NCBI RefSeq assembly: GCF_963921235.1
Contig: NC_086108.1
Span: 83,082,001-83,146,000, forward strand
Origin: Mobula hypostoma
Taxonomy: Eukaryota
DNA length: 64,000 nucleotides
Reading direction: 5' to 3'
In this document: piece after piece, positions 50,331 through 63,730 of the stretch
Layout of the letters: each line of letters begins with the position of its first letter
Position numbering within the stretch: the stretch's first letter is position 1
Program-made: the position numbers and the translations under genes
The notes under the pieces: generated by a model
The model's database searches: none
Told to the model about the DNA's origin: nothing
What the model saw: the letters and a program-made list of their open reading frames with translations, nothing else

Positions 50331-50638
50331 TCTCTTCACTTTGACGAAATGGTTAACCCCTTATTCAGAGTCTATGACTTCTACTCTTCGGTTCTAAAGC
50401 TAAGAGAAAAATATTCCTAATCTCCACCCTGCCAAATCCTCGTAAGAAATACATCTATTTCAATGAGATTTTTGATTTTTCTGAATTTCTGAAAACTTAG
50501 TTCCGTAACATTGATAGAATATCATCTACATTTACACATCCTTACACTTGCATGCATACCAAGAGAGATGTACACAAAGACAAACAGACACAAATACACA
50601 CAGCTCGTGCTTATTTTTCTCTATATTTGGGAGTCAAT

Positions 50639-50708
50639 CTATTCTCCAGACGGCTGAGTAAATTTTGCTTTTTGAATGACATCTGGTTGTTGATCCTCAG
50701 CTGAAGTG
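50639..50708 (-). CDS. Candidate terminal coding exon of an unidentified host gene (TSAEDQQPDVIQKAKFTQPSGE*)
   Basis: Acceptor tatcttctttggtttcttgcag|; phase matches exon 55396-55459; TAG at 50641-50639. Confidence 0.45.
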
Positions 50709-52241
50709 CTGCAAGAAACCAAAGAAGATATATAGACAATGTAAAGTCAAGTATGATGAATATATTTAACATTCACATTACTCTTAATGTTTTTGTACAT
50801 TGGTTGTTCCCTGACAGATTTACTGGTCGTTGATGCAGAGAGCTAATAACTTCCTTTTGATTCTTTTTGCTTCCATTTGCAATTTGTCTAATATCCTTTT
50901 CCTTCAGATAATAGGCATTAATTGGTGCAAATTTTCTCTGAAAGCCTGAACTAACTCTGCAGTGAATGACACTTCCTCTACAAGATTAAGGTCACTTAGT
51001 ACTAATAGAATGATTTATGGTCTTAACAGTAATAGTAAACTGCTCAGCCATTGCTGAAGTAGATTTTGATCTTCATTCCAGCTAGTGATCTGGTGACACA
51101 GAATGTCCATCACTTCTTTAAATTTGGCAGTTTCTATAAAGAAAGAACAGTTCATTCTCCAATGATTGCTTTTGCAATTTTTCAAAATGTTCTATTTTGT
51201 TCTGTTTCAGTTGGTTTTAGATATGACTTTCAACACAACATACTACATCCAGGTATATGAAAGCCTTGCAACACCAGAGAAATTTGCTAAGAACTTAATT
51301 GATTATCTAAGTGATATCCAGAATTTAAAACAAAGTGACAGATACTTTAATATCATAGCCAGTGACCTAAATAATCAAAATAGACTGCTTTCTCATTCAT
51401 CATACAGAAGGGCAATACAACAAAACTTTGTAAGATGGACCAAGTGGAGTACAATCCAAGTAGCCTTATCACCTGAAAGCCAATCTGTACTTAATTGTGT
51501 TGGCACAGTCTAAGATCAGCTGCCAACACACACAGAATGGTGGACCTGTTCTGTAATATGAATTCATACCCTAGTACTAGTTTCTTCAGAGGGGGAAATT
51601 AACAAGAAATAATATCAGTCCCAACTCTAAATAAAGCAATACAAGAAACCTCACAGAAAATGGGTTGCTATATTCCCAATGTTAAAGGATCAAACCATCT
51701 GTTAAACAAATAGCATTACTGTACAATTAGATATTTTGCAAAAATATTTCTTAATTTAATCACAAGGGACAAATACCTGGAAAACCATTTTTTGAAAATG
51801 GAGTTAATTTCAAGTCAGTCTTAAAACTTGACTTGAGAGTAACATGACTGAAAAGCACATGAAAGGTTAGGATGTACAGCTAAGGGTAAAGATCTATCAA
51901 GGCTTGAGGTTGTGCCTGGCCATAGTAAAGTCCAGAGATTTTGCTGAACATAGATATTTGAGCAATGAAGAAATATTTTTTAAAGTAGCCGCACAAAATT
52001 TACTCTGTTGGGAATAGGACCTAAAGAAACTAGGTCTGAAGTCAGCGATATGAAACAGATACGTAGAAAGTTTATTAGTAAAAGAATTGTAGAGTTATAC
52101 AATGGATTACTGGAAAAGCAAACAGATGCTAGGACAGAAAGTAACAGAATTGTTTAAAAAGAGAAAGAAATAACTTTAAAGATCCAGCAAAGTTCAGGAT
52201 TGGCAATGGAATTGTAATTCACCACACCCTACTTAAAGGAA

Positions 52242-52618
52242 CCTCCAAGAGGACCACAACCTTGATGTAGTTTGGAGGTTTGTGTGCCTCATTGACCTGG
52301 AGAGCTATGTTGGCTGGAGTCAGGGCTCTTTGTAGGGTCACCCATGCCAAAAAGTTCAAAGGATAAGGGCAAACTAAGAGTGGTCCCCCGGTCCTCCAGG
52401 CAGCTCAGGGCTAACAACCCTGACTGGTAGAACAAAATCATTATGGAAACAGCAATGAAGAATTCTTCTTCATCTGAGACTCCACCCGGGACTTGCATGA
52501 CTGACATAAGTAAAAACTGGGAGAAAGCTGCTGACACAATGAAGGAAACCCTGAACACCACCAGAAATGGAGGACCATCGTTGCTGCCCTAAACACCAGT
52601 GGCATAACAGGCAGTAAG
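52242..52618 (+). mobile_element. RTE-derived bipartite non-autonomous retroelement, copy 2
   Basis: 12-bp TSD TACTT(A/G)AAGGAA (52230-52241 / 52619-52630); collinear with 13617-14047. Confidence 0.7.
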
Positions 52619-52959
52619 TACTTGAAGGAAAGCAGATGAAGTAGCTGATAAAGTGAAGCCAAAGGCTTCTGTCTTGCTTCAGGTCTGTCAACTGCAGTTT
52701 CAAGGATACCACCAAAATCATTGGGCCTTCATTAAATATGGAGATCAAGGACACTGATGGAAAGATTGCCAAGTTACTATTGACTTGGATGTGAAGACAC
52801 CAGACTTTCCCCAATGAGTCAATACAGTCCATACAATCATAGACGGCTTTAAGCAAGTATACTTAAACATAGATTTTGATGGAAATTTACATCAGTTCAT
52901 GGAGCATTTGTGGTTAAAGCGAAGTTTGAAATGTAATACATTTCAAGCAATCAGGCAGG

Positions 52960-54550
52960 CATACAGAGCATGAGGATGAGGAAGGCAGAGCACGTGGATG
53001 TTCTTACTTGGATTTTCAGAAGGTATTTGATAAGGTGCCACACATGAGGCTGCTTAACAAGATAAAATCCTATGGTATTACAGGAAAGATACTGGCATGG
53101 ACAGCGGAATGACTGACAGTGAGTGGAAGTAAAAGGAGCCTTTTCTGGTTGGCTGCTGATGACTAGTGGTGTTCCTCAGGGGTCAGTACCATTGCTTTTC
53201 ACATTGCTTGTCAATGATTTAGATAATGGAATTGATGGCTTTGTGGCAAAGTTTGCAGATGATATGAAGATAGGTGAAGGGGTAGGTAGTGCTGAGGAAG
53301 CAATGTGATTGCAGCAGGACTTGGACAAATTGGAAGTATGTGTCACGGTCCTGACTGTTAATTCCCCATTTTCTCCTAATTTCCTTTGATGGTGACACAC
53401 CTGGTTTTCATCAAGACCTGCAGCATAAGATCCCCGGCTTTGCAACCACTAGTTGCCAGATCGTTGGTTTTGCCTGTGTGGTAATTAACGTTTTCCGGCC
53501 GCTTAGGACTGTGTGCTTTAAGTTTTGCTCCAGTACCAAGATTTACCTGTGAAACTCAATCTCTCCATGCTAAGAAAAGTTTTGTCTGCCGTTTTCCCTT
53601 CTACGCTCCGTGTCAAGATAAGTTCTGCCTGCCTCCTGCTTTCCTGCACTCCCTTCTGTTTGCTGTTCAACGCTCACGCCCGCGTCTGCATCCTAACTCA
53701 ATCTCTGTGCCTGCATCCTGCGTTTAGGTTCACCTCACCCATTGCAACAGTATGGGCAAAAGAGTGGCAGATGGAATACACTGTTGGGAAATGTATGATA
53801 AATGTAAAAGGAACAATAGTAAAGACTATTATCTAAATGGGGAGAAGGTTCAAGCATCAGAGGTGCAGAGGGACTTAGGAGTCCTCCTACAAGACTTCCA
53901 GGAGGTTAATTTACAGCTTGAGTCTGTAGTAAAGAAGGCATTTATTTTAAGGGGAATAAAATATAAAAGCAAAAAGATAATGCTGAGCCTTAAGACAATT
54001 GTCAGGCCAGACTTGGAGTATTGTCATCAGTTTTGGGCCCTGTATCTCAGAAAGGATGTGTTGTCATTTGAGAGAGTCCAGAGGAGGTTCATGAGGATGA
54101 TTCCAGGAATGACATATCATTTGCAGCTTTGGGCCTGTACTCATTGGAATTTTTCAGAATGTGGGGAATCTCATTGAAACCTACTGAATGTTGAAAGGAC
54201 TAGATAGGGTGGATATGGAGAGGATGTTTCCTATGGTGTGGGTATCCAGAACCAGACAGCACAGCCTCAAAGTTGAGGGGTGATCATTTAAAACAGAGGT
54301 AAGGAGGAATTTTTTTTTAGTTGGAGAGTAGTGAATCTGTGGAATGCTCTGCCACAGACTGCGGTGGAGGCCAAGTCTGTGCATATATTTACAGCGAAAG
54401 CTGATCATTTCCTGATTGGTCAGGGCATCAAAGAATATGCCGAGAAGGCAGGTGTACGGGGTTGAGTGGGATCGGGGATCAGCCATGATGGAATGGCGGA
54501 GCAGACTCAATGGGCTGAATGGCCTAATTCTGTCCCTATGTCTTATAGTC
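52960..54550 (+). mobile_element. 5'-truncated CR1 interrupted by a solo LTR
   Basis: SGVPQGSV, KFADDMK, VRPDLEYCHQFW. Confidence 0.85.
53341..53749. mobile_element. Solo LTR, 409 bp (Gypsy-like by termini and TSD)
   Basis: TGTCAC...GCAACA termini; 5-bp TSD GTATG (53336-53340 / 53750-53754); removal restores CR1 LDKLEVWAKEW. Confidence 0.85.
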
Positions 54551-55129
54551 TCATGGAGGAAAGAATGAAAAATGGATTATAGTCTAGAAGAAGGCAAAAG
54601 ATATTAAATGATAAAAGACTTTGGACATGCAAAAGAGCAACAGCAGTACTGTTATCAACACCTACTCTCAAAAACAACTGGAGCAGTATTGACCTTGACA
54701 TTGAGCCCCAGTAGCTGTAAAGCACCTGAGTGAAGGACAAAGTGCTGTTCATTGAACAAGCGCAAGAGGTTCAGCACAGAGCTGGAACAGAGCGTATTAG
54801 ATCTGAGGAATGGCAGAGGAGGAATGACCTCTCTGATTGTCACAACAAATTTCAAGACATATGCTGGTGATATTAAAACCTGATTTTGATTCTGAGATGT
54901 AAAGCACCAACTTTAACTGCCTCAAAATTCTCAGGTCCACCTTTTCTCTCCTCCCAACACCTTGAACTGCTGTTCTCCCTCACCCCTCTGAAAGCATCTC
55001 AAGTTCAGCCAGCATTGTCCACACTTCAACATCAGCGTGCTAATGAGGGCTTGCTAGTAAAATCAGGTGTGCTTCCCAGATGCCCTACAGCCACGTAGCT
55101 TTCTACTTGCCACATGGAAATAAAATAAA

Positions 55130-55265
55130 ATCTTCTTCATTCTGCCTTCTTCCTCCTTGCTTTCCAGTCCTGATGAAGGGTCTCAGCCCAGAATGTTGAC
55201 TGTTAATTCCCATCCATAGATGCTGCCTGAGCTGCTGTGTTCATCCAGCATTTTGTTTATGTTGC
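55130..55265 (+). mobile_element. PLE tail fragment with degenerate HHR (55165-55202)
   Basis: cagtcCTGATGAagggtctcagcccagaatgttgactg (GAAA lost). Confidence 0.7.
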
Positions 55266-55395
55266 TTCTCTATTTGTATTGAGTCACAATACAGAACCAG
55301 ATAAGCAGTCTGGAAGGGGAAGCTCAATGGACAAGTGACACTGATACATTAAACATTATTATTTGGCTTCATTAAAATACTAATCTTTTGATTAC

Positions 55396-55459
55396 CCTTC
55401 ATCTGCCATCTTCTTTTCTGTATGTTTAACTTTTTTTGGAAGATTTTGTTTAGAAGTTT
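55396..55459 (-). CDS. Candidate internal coding exon, 64 nt (ETSKQNLPKKVKHTEKKMADEG)
   Basis: Acceptor atgtatttttgtccacag|, donor AGG|gtaatc; phase 1 in, phase 2 out. Confidence 0.45.
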
Positions 55460-55849
55460 CTGTGGACAAAAATACATGGATATCAATGAAATAATTCTGC
55501 ATAGAGACATATGTTGTCAGTAGAATGCTGAGGGAATCCCTTCTGCCATTGACCTTATAAAGCTGCTGGTACCCAGGGTGTATCATCAATACAGAATTCC
55601 AAAGCAGAGAGCTTTCCTGTCAATACTCTAAAGATTAAAGTTCCATTTGTATGTTTGGAAGATGATAAGTGCCTACTTTCATTGTTCTCTCTGTTTTTTA
55701 CCCATAAATCTTGATGGTTTCCTTTTGTTTCTTGTCACCATTATCATGTTCAATTTATTGACCTGAAAAGTCACCACTAAGTACAGTTATTATCTTTCAA
55801 ACATCAGGCTCCTGAACAAATGGGGATAACTTTACTCACCTCAGTAGTG

Positions 55850-58530
55850 GAACATAGAACACAACACAGCACAAGAACAGGCCCTTTGGCCTCTGATGTT
55901 GTGCTGAACCAAATAAATTAGTAATAAAAAGGCCAAATAAATTAATCCTTTATATCTACATAATGTCCATATTCCTCCATTTTCCTCACATTCATGTGCT
56001 GGTCTAAATATCTTTTACAAGTCCCTAATGTATCTGCCTCTACCACCACCCCAGCCAGCACATTCCAGGCACTCATCTCTTGTCTCCTTTAAAATTACCC
56101 TCTCTCACCTGAGGTGCATGCCCTCTGATATTACATATTTCAACCCTGGGGAAAGATACTGCCTATCTACTCTCTCAATGCCTCTCATAATCTGTCAGGT
56201 CTTCCCTCAGCTTCAGCCGCTCCAGAGAAAACAACCCAAGTTTGTTGAACCCCTCCTTATAGCAAATATCCTCTAATACAGGCAGCATCCCTGTAAACCT
56301 CTTCTGCAGCTTCCCCAAAGCCTTAACATCCTTCCTGTAATGAGACAACCAAAAAAGTATGCAATACTCCAGATGTAGCCTGAGCTTTATAAAGCTGCAA
56401 CATAACTTCCTGACTTTTGAACTCATTGCCTCAACCAATAAAGTCAAAGATGCCAAATGCCTTTTTAACCACTCTATCAACCAGAATCAAAAATCGTTGT
56501 GATGATTGTATGCTCTAGTATCAATTGTTTGGTGACAATGAAGTAAAGTAACCTGTGTAGCCACCTTCAGGGAGTTATGAGCTTAGATCCCAATATTCTT
56601 CTGTTCATCAACACTGTTAAGAGTCTTGCCCTTAAAAATATACTGTCTCTTTACATTTGATATACCAAGGTGAAACACTTCATCTTTGGCCAGGGTAAAC
56701 GCCAATTGCCATTTCTCTACCCACATCTGCAACTGATCTATATCCTTTGCAAATCATGTATGTTATCCACAACATGTCCAATATTCGTATCATTTGCAAA
56801 CTTACTAACCCACTGACTACAATTTCATCCAGGTCATTTATATTCACCACAAACAGCAGAGGTCCCAGTACATATCCCTGCAGAACACCACTAATCACAG
56901 ATGTCCAGCTAGAATAAGTCCCTTCCACCATCACCCTCTGTCTTTCATGGACAAGCAAGTTCTAAATCCAAATGGCCAGTTCACGATTGATCCCGTGCAT
57001 CTTAATCTTCTTCTGGATGAGGCTTCCGCAAGGGACTTTGTCAAACATCTTACTAAAATCCATGTAGACAACATCCACAGCTTGTCCTTCACCAATCACC
57101 CTCATCCCCTCATCAAAAAACTCAAACAAGCTGATAAGACAAGTCTTGCCCCAAACAAAACCATGCTGACTCTCCCTAATTGGGCCATGATTTTCCAAAT
57201 GCTCATAAATCCAATCCTTATGAATTGACTCCAGTAACTTCCCTACCACTGACGTAAGACTCACTGGTCTATAGTTACCAGGATTATCCCTGGTTCACTT
57301 TTTGAACAATAAAATAACATTAACTACTCCTCAGTCCTCTGGGACCTCGCTTGTGGCTAGAGAGGACACAAAGATATTGGTTAAGGCCCCGACAACCTTT
57401 CCACTTGCCTCCTTCAATAACCTGGGATATATCCCATCAGGTCCTGGGGACTTCCAATACTACCTCTTCCTTTACTTCAAAAAGCCCTCACATATTAATG
57501 CTCTCAGTACTGATCTCCCATATCCACCATATCCTTCCCCTTAAAAAATATGATGTAAAGTACTCAATAAGGACCTCACCCACATCCTTCGCTGTGAAGC
57601 AAATGTTCCCCCATTTATCCTTGAGTGGTTCCATCCTCTCCCTTGTTATCATCTTGTTCCTGATGTATTTATAGAATGCCTTGATATTCTCTTTAATCCT
57701 ACTTGCCAAGGACTTTTCATGGCCTGTCCTAGCTTTCCTAATTCCCTCTTGTTTTCTTTTCTGCCTTCTTTATAATCCTCCAGGACTCTATCTGATTCTA
57801 CCTACCTGAGCTTAATATGCTTTTCCTTTTTCTTCTTGACTAAGTTTGTCACCTCCCTCAACATTCCAGGTGTTGCCATCCTTGTCCTTCCTCCTGACTG
57901 AAACATACTTGTCCCATACTCTGTGCGGTCGGTCTTTAAGTGCCCTCCTCATATTGGATGTGGACTTGCCCAAAACCAGCTGTTCCCAATTAACTTTTCC
58001 TCATTCCTGCCTAATGCTCCTGTAATTTCCCTTGCTCCAGTTTAACATTCTGCGTCAAGTTCCATGTTTATCCTTAGCTATAGCTATCTTAAAACACAAT
58101 GAGTTGTGGTCATTGTTCCCTAGCTGCTCACACGCTGAAGGGTCAGCACCCTGAGACCAGGGTCGTTACCCAACACAAGGTCCAGTACAGTCCCCCAGTT
58201 GTTGGACTACTTGCATATTGATTTAAGAAATGCTCCTGGCTGCAGCTAACAAATCCTTCCCCATCTATTCTACTTGCACTAAGAAGGCCCCAGCTTATAT
58301 TTGGAAAGTTGGGACCCTGTGACAACAACCCTATTGTTTTTACTCCTTTCCTTAATCTGCCTACATATCTGTTCCTCAATATCCTGGTGGCTACTGGGAG
58401 CAGGGGGAAGCTGTCAGTAGTCCAATTCTATCAGAGTGATTGCACTCCTCCTGCTTTTGAGTTCTAACTATATAGACTCAGTGGACAAGTCTTCCATTAT
58501 GTCCTCTCTGAGTGTATCAGTGATATTGTC
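55850..58530 (-). mobile_element. Degenerate CR1 LINE with a small LINE-tail insertion at ~56483-56550
   Basis: SLTSVVGKLLE, VDVVYMDFSKMFDKV, SGVLQGYVLGPLLF, HLEYCILFW. Confidence 0.85.
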
Positions 58531-58599
58531 CAAATAATACTGAACTGATTCCACAATCAAAGATTCACTTCAAAGTCTCTTCATCTCATGTTCTAAATA

Positions 58600-61310
58600 A
58601 TAATAATTATTATTGCTGTATTTTTTATATTTTATCAGTTCAAGCTGATAAAACCTGAGGTATGGACATAGACAAGAGCACTCATTTCTCACTTGCAAGG
58701 AACTTTAGAGGGCTATTCTAGTGGTGTTTAGTATTGCGGCTTTCTGAAGTTTGACATAAATATTGCTGTGTAGGCCTAATTGTTTAATACTATTGTGTAG
58801 TGACTTTAGGATGATACTATTTGTAGATATTACTATTGGGACAAAGTATCCCCTGTTCATGTTCCATAGTCTTTCAATTTCTTCTTTTAATTCAGCATAT
58901 TTCTGGTTTTTTTTCACTTATTGATTTCTGTATGTTACGTGTGTTTGGAATGGCTATATCTATTAAGTAAATTGTTCTTGGTCGTTTATCCTGTAATATT
59001 ATATCTGGACTGTTATCATGGAATGTCCTATCTGTAATAATAGATCAGACATAATATAATTTGTAGGTCTCTTGTTCTAAACCTGGATCAGGCTTGTATT
59101 TACAGCAAGTTATGGTGTCTTTTATGAGTTTGTATTTTAAGGCCAGATTTTGGTGAATGATATTTGCCAATTGAACGTGTCTATGAAAGTAATCAGATTG
59201 AGTTAAACTGCTGTAGGATCCTGTAATGTGTTGTATTGTTCCTGGTTTCTCTTGGCATTTTCTGCATTTATCATCTTGAATTTGTTGGTCTTTTATTCAG
59301 TATTTTTCATCATTCTTTGTGTTAACTACCTGGTCTTTTTTGGCCACAAAAATCCTTTTAGTTTCTGGGAGAGGTCTCCAACTGTGAGCCAAGCATTTGA
59401 TGCTTCCTCGTTGACACCTAGTCCACTCAGATTATGGTGATGTCTTCCATGGCGAGTCATGCTCTTCCACCGTCTAATTTTTGAAGAAAGACTGGATGAA
59501 CTGGGCTTGTACTCGTTGGAATTTAGAAGATTGAGGGGCGATCTGATTGAAACGTATAAAATCCTAAAGGGATTGGACAGGCTAGATGCAGGAAGATTGA
59601 TCCCGATGTTGGGGAAGTCCAGAACGAGGGGCCACAGTTTGAGGATAGAGGGGAAGCCTTTTAGGACTGAGATTAGGAAAAACTTCTTCACACAGAGAGT
59701 GGTGAATCTGTGGAATTCTCTGCCACAGGAAACTGTTGAGGCCAGTTCATTGGCTATATTTAAGAGGGAGTTAGATATGGCCCTTGTGGCTACGGGGGTC
59801 AGGGGGTATGGAGGGAAGGCTGGGGCGGGGTTCTGAGTTGGATGATCAGCCATGATCATAATAAATGGCAGTGCAGGCTCGAAGGGCCGAATGGCCTACT
59901 CCTGCACCTATTTTCTATGTTTCTATGTAGTGATAATTCCTTCAATTTTCTGCTTTCATTTAAGTTTAGTGGTGTGTACTTTTTATTAGAATTGCATATG
60001 CTCATGTGGAATGCTGAATCCTAATTTCTTTGATGAAAATATATCCTTAGAAGTTTTCTCTGATTTGCGTAAATTTTTTATGTCTGTTATTCATCTTCCT
60101 CCATCTGTCCTAGATAGTGCAATGTGTGTTCGACTGTACATGGCATTTTCTAAAATTTGTCATTTGAGTTCTTATTTTTCCAGATACATTTTGACCAAAA
60201 TATTTTGCCAAAAAATGTGCTAATACATGTATAGCAAAAGCTTTTATTGGCTTTGTTGTAATTTTACGGTTGAGTTCTGTTTGGCAGATTTTCTTATGCC
60301 TTGAAGTAAAATCTGTCAAAAGTTTTCCCTTTATTACACTATGATATATTTTCTTTGCTTGTTGATGACCCAGATATTAATATGTTTCATATTCCTCAAT
60401 CAGTCATATTGTATCCTTCTGCTCTTCTTATTTTACAAGCTCTATCGTGTCTTTTTTATGTTTCATGTTCTGCACTTATCTAGTCCAATGTTCATGTTTA
60501 AATCTTTCGAGAATAGTTCTACTATTTGAATTAAATGCTTTAGTTTTACTCGTGTCTGCCCCTCCTGGGCTACACTTCATCGTGAAGTGGCTTGACAAAA
60601 AACAATCAGAAGTGTGAAGAGAAAGAACACCTGCCATACGAAGCAATAACAACTGATGAAGGAGCATATAATTTCAAGTCGTCCATCTATGGAATATGTA
60701 TCAAGATACAATTTGCTTGGTTGCTTCTGATTTGATACCCTATTTTCATTCGATTCAGTAAATTAGAGAGCAGGTTTGACTCTAGACAAAACCATAGTGG
60801 GCTTAGAGAGTCGCCCTGGAAAATACCTCAGTTTATTTTGATAATGGTGGTTGTTCTATTTTTGGTTGTTAATAGACAGGATGATTATCGTATGCCAATG
60901 CTTCATCAGATGTTGTAGGAATTTCACAGGAATTGAGTGCATTTATGTATATTAAGAACTTCTGCTAACCATGAGTGTGGGACAGAATCAAATGCTATTC
61001 AACAGTCAATATAACAACATGCAAGGTTTCTGCTTTTCCGCTGGGCTTGCTTTAGAATTATAGAATATATTACCAGTTGTTCTTTACATTCTTTCATACC
61101 CTTATGGCATCCTTTCTGCTCTTCGGTAAGTATATTGTGGTTACCTAAGTAAATGGTGATTTGTTGTGTGTTACAATTTTATATATAATTTGTAAATGTA
61201 AGACCACAGTTAAGATCTTTACTGCTAGGTATTACATTTCAGCAGTGTTTGTTCTGCTTTTAGAATGTTTTGGTTTTGGCTAAAAGATAAGGGATTATGA
61301 TGTTCAACTT
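58600..61310 (-). mobile_element. R4/Dong-like non-LTR retrotransposon (RT, Cys/His knuckle, restriction-like endonuclease), 5'-truncated and decayed
   Basis: Minus strand: LTEEQKGC..CKEQL (~61075-61130), GIFQGDSLSPLWFCL (~60783-60827), MDDLKLYA (~60663-60686), CRKCQEK...H, PDIILQD..YLIDIAIP..KYAEL, VPIVIS, LQKAAIL. Confidence 0.8.
59482..59927 (+). mobile_element. Young CR1 3' fragment inserted in the Dong-like element
   Basis: Near-identical to 31565-32010; (TTTCTATG)n tail. Confidence 0.9.
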
Positions 61311-61819
61311 AGGAATGTGGTGTCAGCAAATCAGGATGGTGGATTTGGGAGAAGGTTCCAGAGAGAACTGGGAAGAGCAAGATTTGTGACCGACAGTGTG
61401 GTTCATGGTTCTTTTTTGTGGGAACTGCACGGAGGACAGGAGGGAAGTTGGCTGAGGATGCCATGGGAAGGAGCATCCCTGTTGCACAAAGCACCTTGTG
61501 CAGATGATTGGCTCCAAGGAAAAAGAACAAATGCTCCCAATGAGTGAGCTCATTTGCTCAAGATAGATTTCGAGCGACATTTGGAATGTGGTATGTGCTT
61601 TCACAAAGACTGTGGATCCAGTGCGTGAGTTAAGTGACAACTTCAAGATGAACTCCAATTTTATGTGCACATTTGGACTGGGTGAACTGTAATGGGCCCT
61701 TTTAGTATTTTCCTTTTCTTTTTCGTACTAACTGTCCAATAAAGCTGAAATTTACTTCCTATATAACTTTATGTGATGTATGATTTGTTATTTCTTGCCA
61801 ACCAACAATTGTGTATGGT

Positions 61820-62615
61820 CAACACAAAATAATCTGCAGATGCTGGGGTCAAAGCAACACTCACAACACGCTGGAGGAACTCAGCAGGTCGGGCAGCATC
61901 CGTGGAAAAGATTGGTCGATGTTTCGGGCCAGAACCCTTTGTCAGGACTGAAGAGGGAAGGGGCAGAGGCTCTATAAAGAAGGTGGGGGGAGGGTGGGAA
62001 GGAGAAGGCTGGTAGGTTCCAGGTGAAAAAACAGTGAGGGGAAAGATAAAGGGGTGGGGGAGGGGAAGCAGGGAGATGATAGGCAGGAAAGGTGAAGAAG
62101 GAATAGGGGAAAACACAATGGGTAGTAGAAGGAGGTGGAACCAAGAGGGAGGTGATAGGCAGCTGGGGGAGGGGGCAGAGTGACATAGGGATAGGGGAAG
62201 GGAGGGGGAGGGAATTACCAGAAGTTGGAGAATTCTATGTTCATACCAAGGGGCTGGAGACTACCTAGACGGTATATGAGGTGTTGCTCCTCCAACCTGA
62301 GTTTAGCCTCATCATGGCAGTAGAGGAGGCCATGTATGGACATATCTGAATGGGAGTGGGAAGCAGAATTGAAGTGGGTGGCTACTGGGAGATCCTGTCT
62401 ATTTTGACGGACGGAGTGGAGGTGCTCGACGACGCGGTCCCCCAACCTGTGTCGGGTTTCACCGATGTAGAGGAGGCCGCACCGGGAGCACTGGATGCAA
62501 TAGATGACCCCAACAGACTCAGAAGTGAAGTGTTGCCTCGCTTTGAAGTACTGATTGGGGCCCTGAATGGTGGCAAGAGAGGAGGTGTAGGGACAGGTAT
62601 AGCACTTGTAGCACA
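61820..62615 (-). mobile_element. PLE 3' fragment (GIY-YIG, UTR, HHR-like motif 61913-61950 with core CTGACAA)
   Basis: 133-aa ORF VIYCIQCSRCGLLYIGET...GMNIEFSNFW. Confidence 0.9.
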
Positions 62616-62769
62616 TCTCTGTAAGATTATAAACTATAGATTTTCATTGATTCTATTGTATTTTTTGTCCTATTGTGAATGTCTGCAAGAAAATAAATCT
62701 TAGTTATGTATATGTTATAGTATATAGTAGCGAATATGTGCTCTGATAATAAAGTTACTGTGAATTTTG

Positions 62770-63300
62770 AATAACCATCTGCACTAATCCCATTAACCAA
62801 CACTTGACCCTTAACCTTCTATGCTTTGGTGATTCAAGGGATCAACTATTCTCACTTTTTTAATATTTTGAGAATACCTGCCTCCCTTATCTCTGGTAAT
62901 GCCTTCCAGTTTCCATCAACCCGTCTGGGATAAAAAATTTTCACTGATTCACTCCAAACCTCTTATTCTTTACTATGAACCCATGCGGCCAAGCTTTATA
63001 TAATTCCGCCAAGGGGAGAAGTTTCCAAACAGCGACTTTGTGTATGCTCCTCATAATTTTGTATACTTCATCAGTCTCCCTCAATTTCCTATGTCTTTTT
63101 GAAAGCGTGCTGGTTAGTTTTGTAGACAATATTCCATTTGAGGCTAATCTAGTATTTTATAATGGTCTAGCGTGACTGCTTCACTTTGAATTCCGTTTCT
63201 TTATTGATACAGGATAAAAACAGCATTATTACTTCCTTTATTAACCTCTCTCAGGATTTGTGTACAGGGCACCCAGGTTCTTCATTTATTAACCTCTTCC
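62770..63300 (-). mobile_element. Old CR1 3' remnant
   Basis: RKLRETDEVYKIMRS..KLLPL..HGFIVKNKRF. Confidence 0.5.
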
Positions 63301-63730
63301 AAGTTATATTCTTTGCCATGTTTTATTTAAAGAACATTTCAATATCATATGGGAATTGCCTGTTAATATCAACAAAGATGAGGGTTTCTGCTTACTAGTT
63401 TTGAGATATTTGTATTAGGTGCCTGTCTTCACTTCTTCAGATAGAATATCATCCCAAACTCTACAATAATTGATGCACCACTTAATTATGAATACCATTC
63501 ATTGATAAATTTGTGATTTGTCAATGTGTCGCAAGGTCTACATATGGTGAAACAAAATATGATCAAAAATTTCATTAAAATAGTGAAAATAAGAAATCTT
63601 CACTTTATAGATGAAGGATACCACTGCAAAAACCAACACAAAAGAATTTTTCATCTTAACTGTAAATTATAGAGCATTGTTAACAGCAGAAACACAGAGT
63701 TAAAAGGCCACATTATGATATTAAAATCAC

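Noticed and set aside
50612..55459. Alternative frame KLLNKIFQKK...KYREK* across the last two candidate exons
   Set aside because: Open in these two exons but closed by TGA in the upstream 72-nt exon
61310..61815. Possible LTR fragment (AATAAA at ~61738)
   Set aside because: No clear TG...CA termini or TSD; left unannotated
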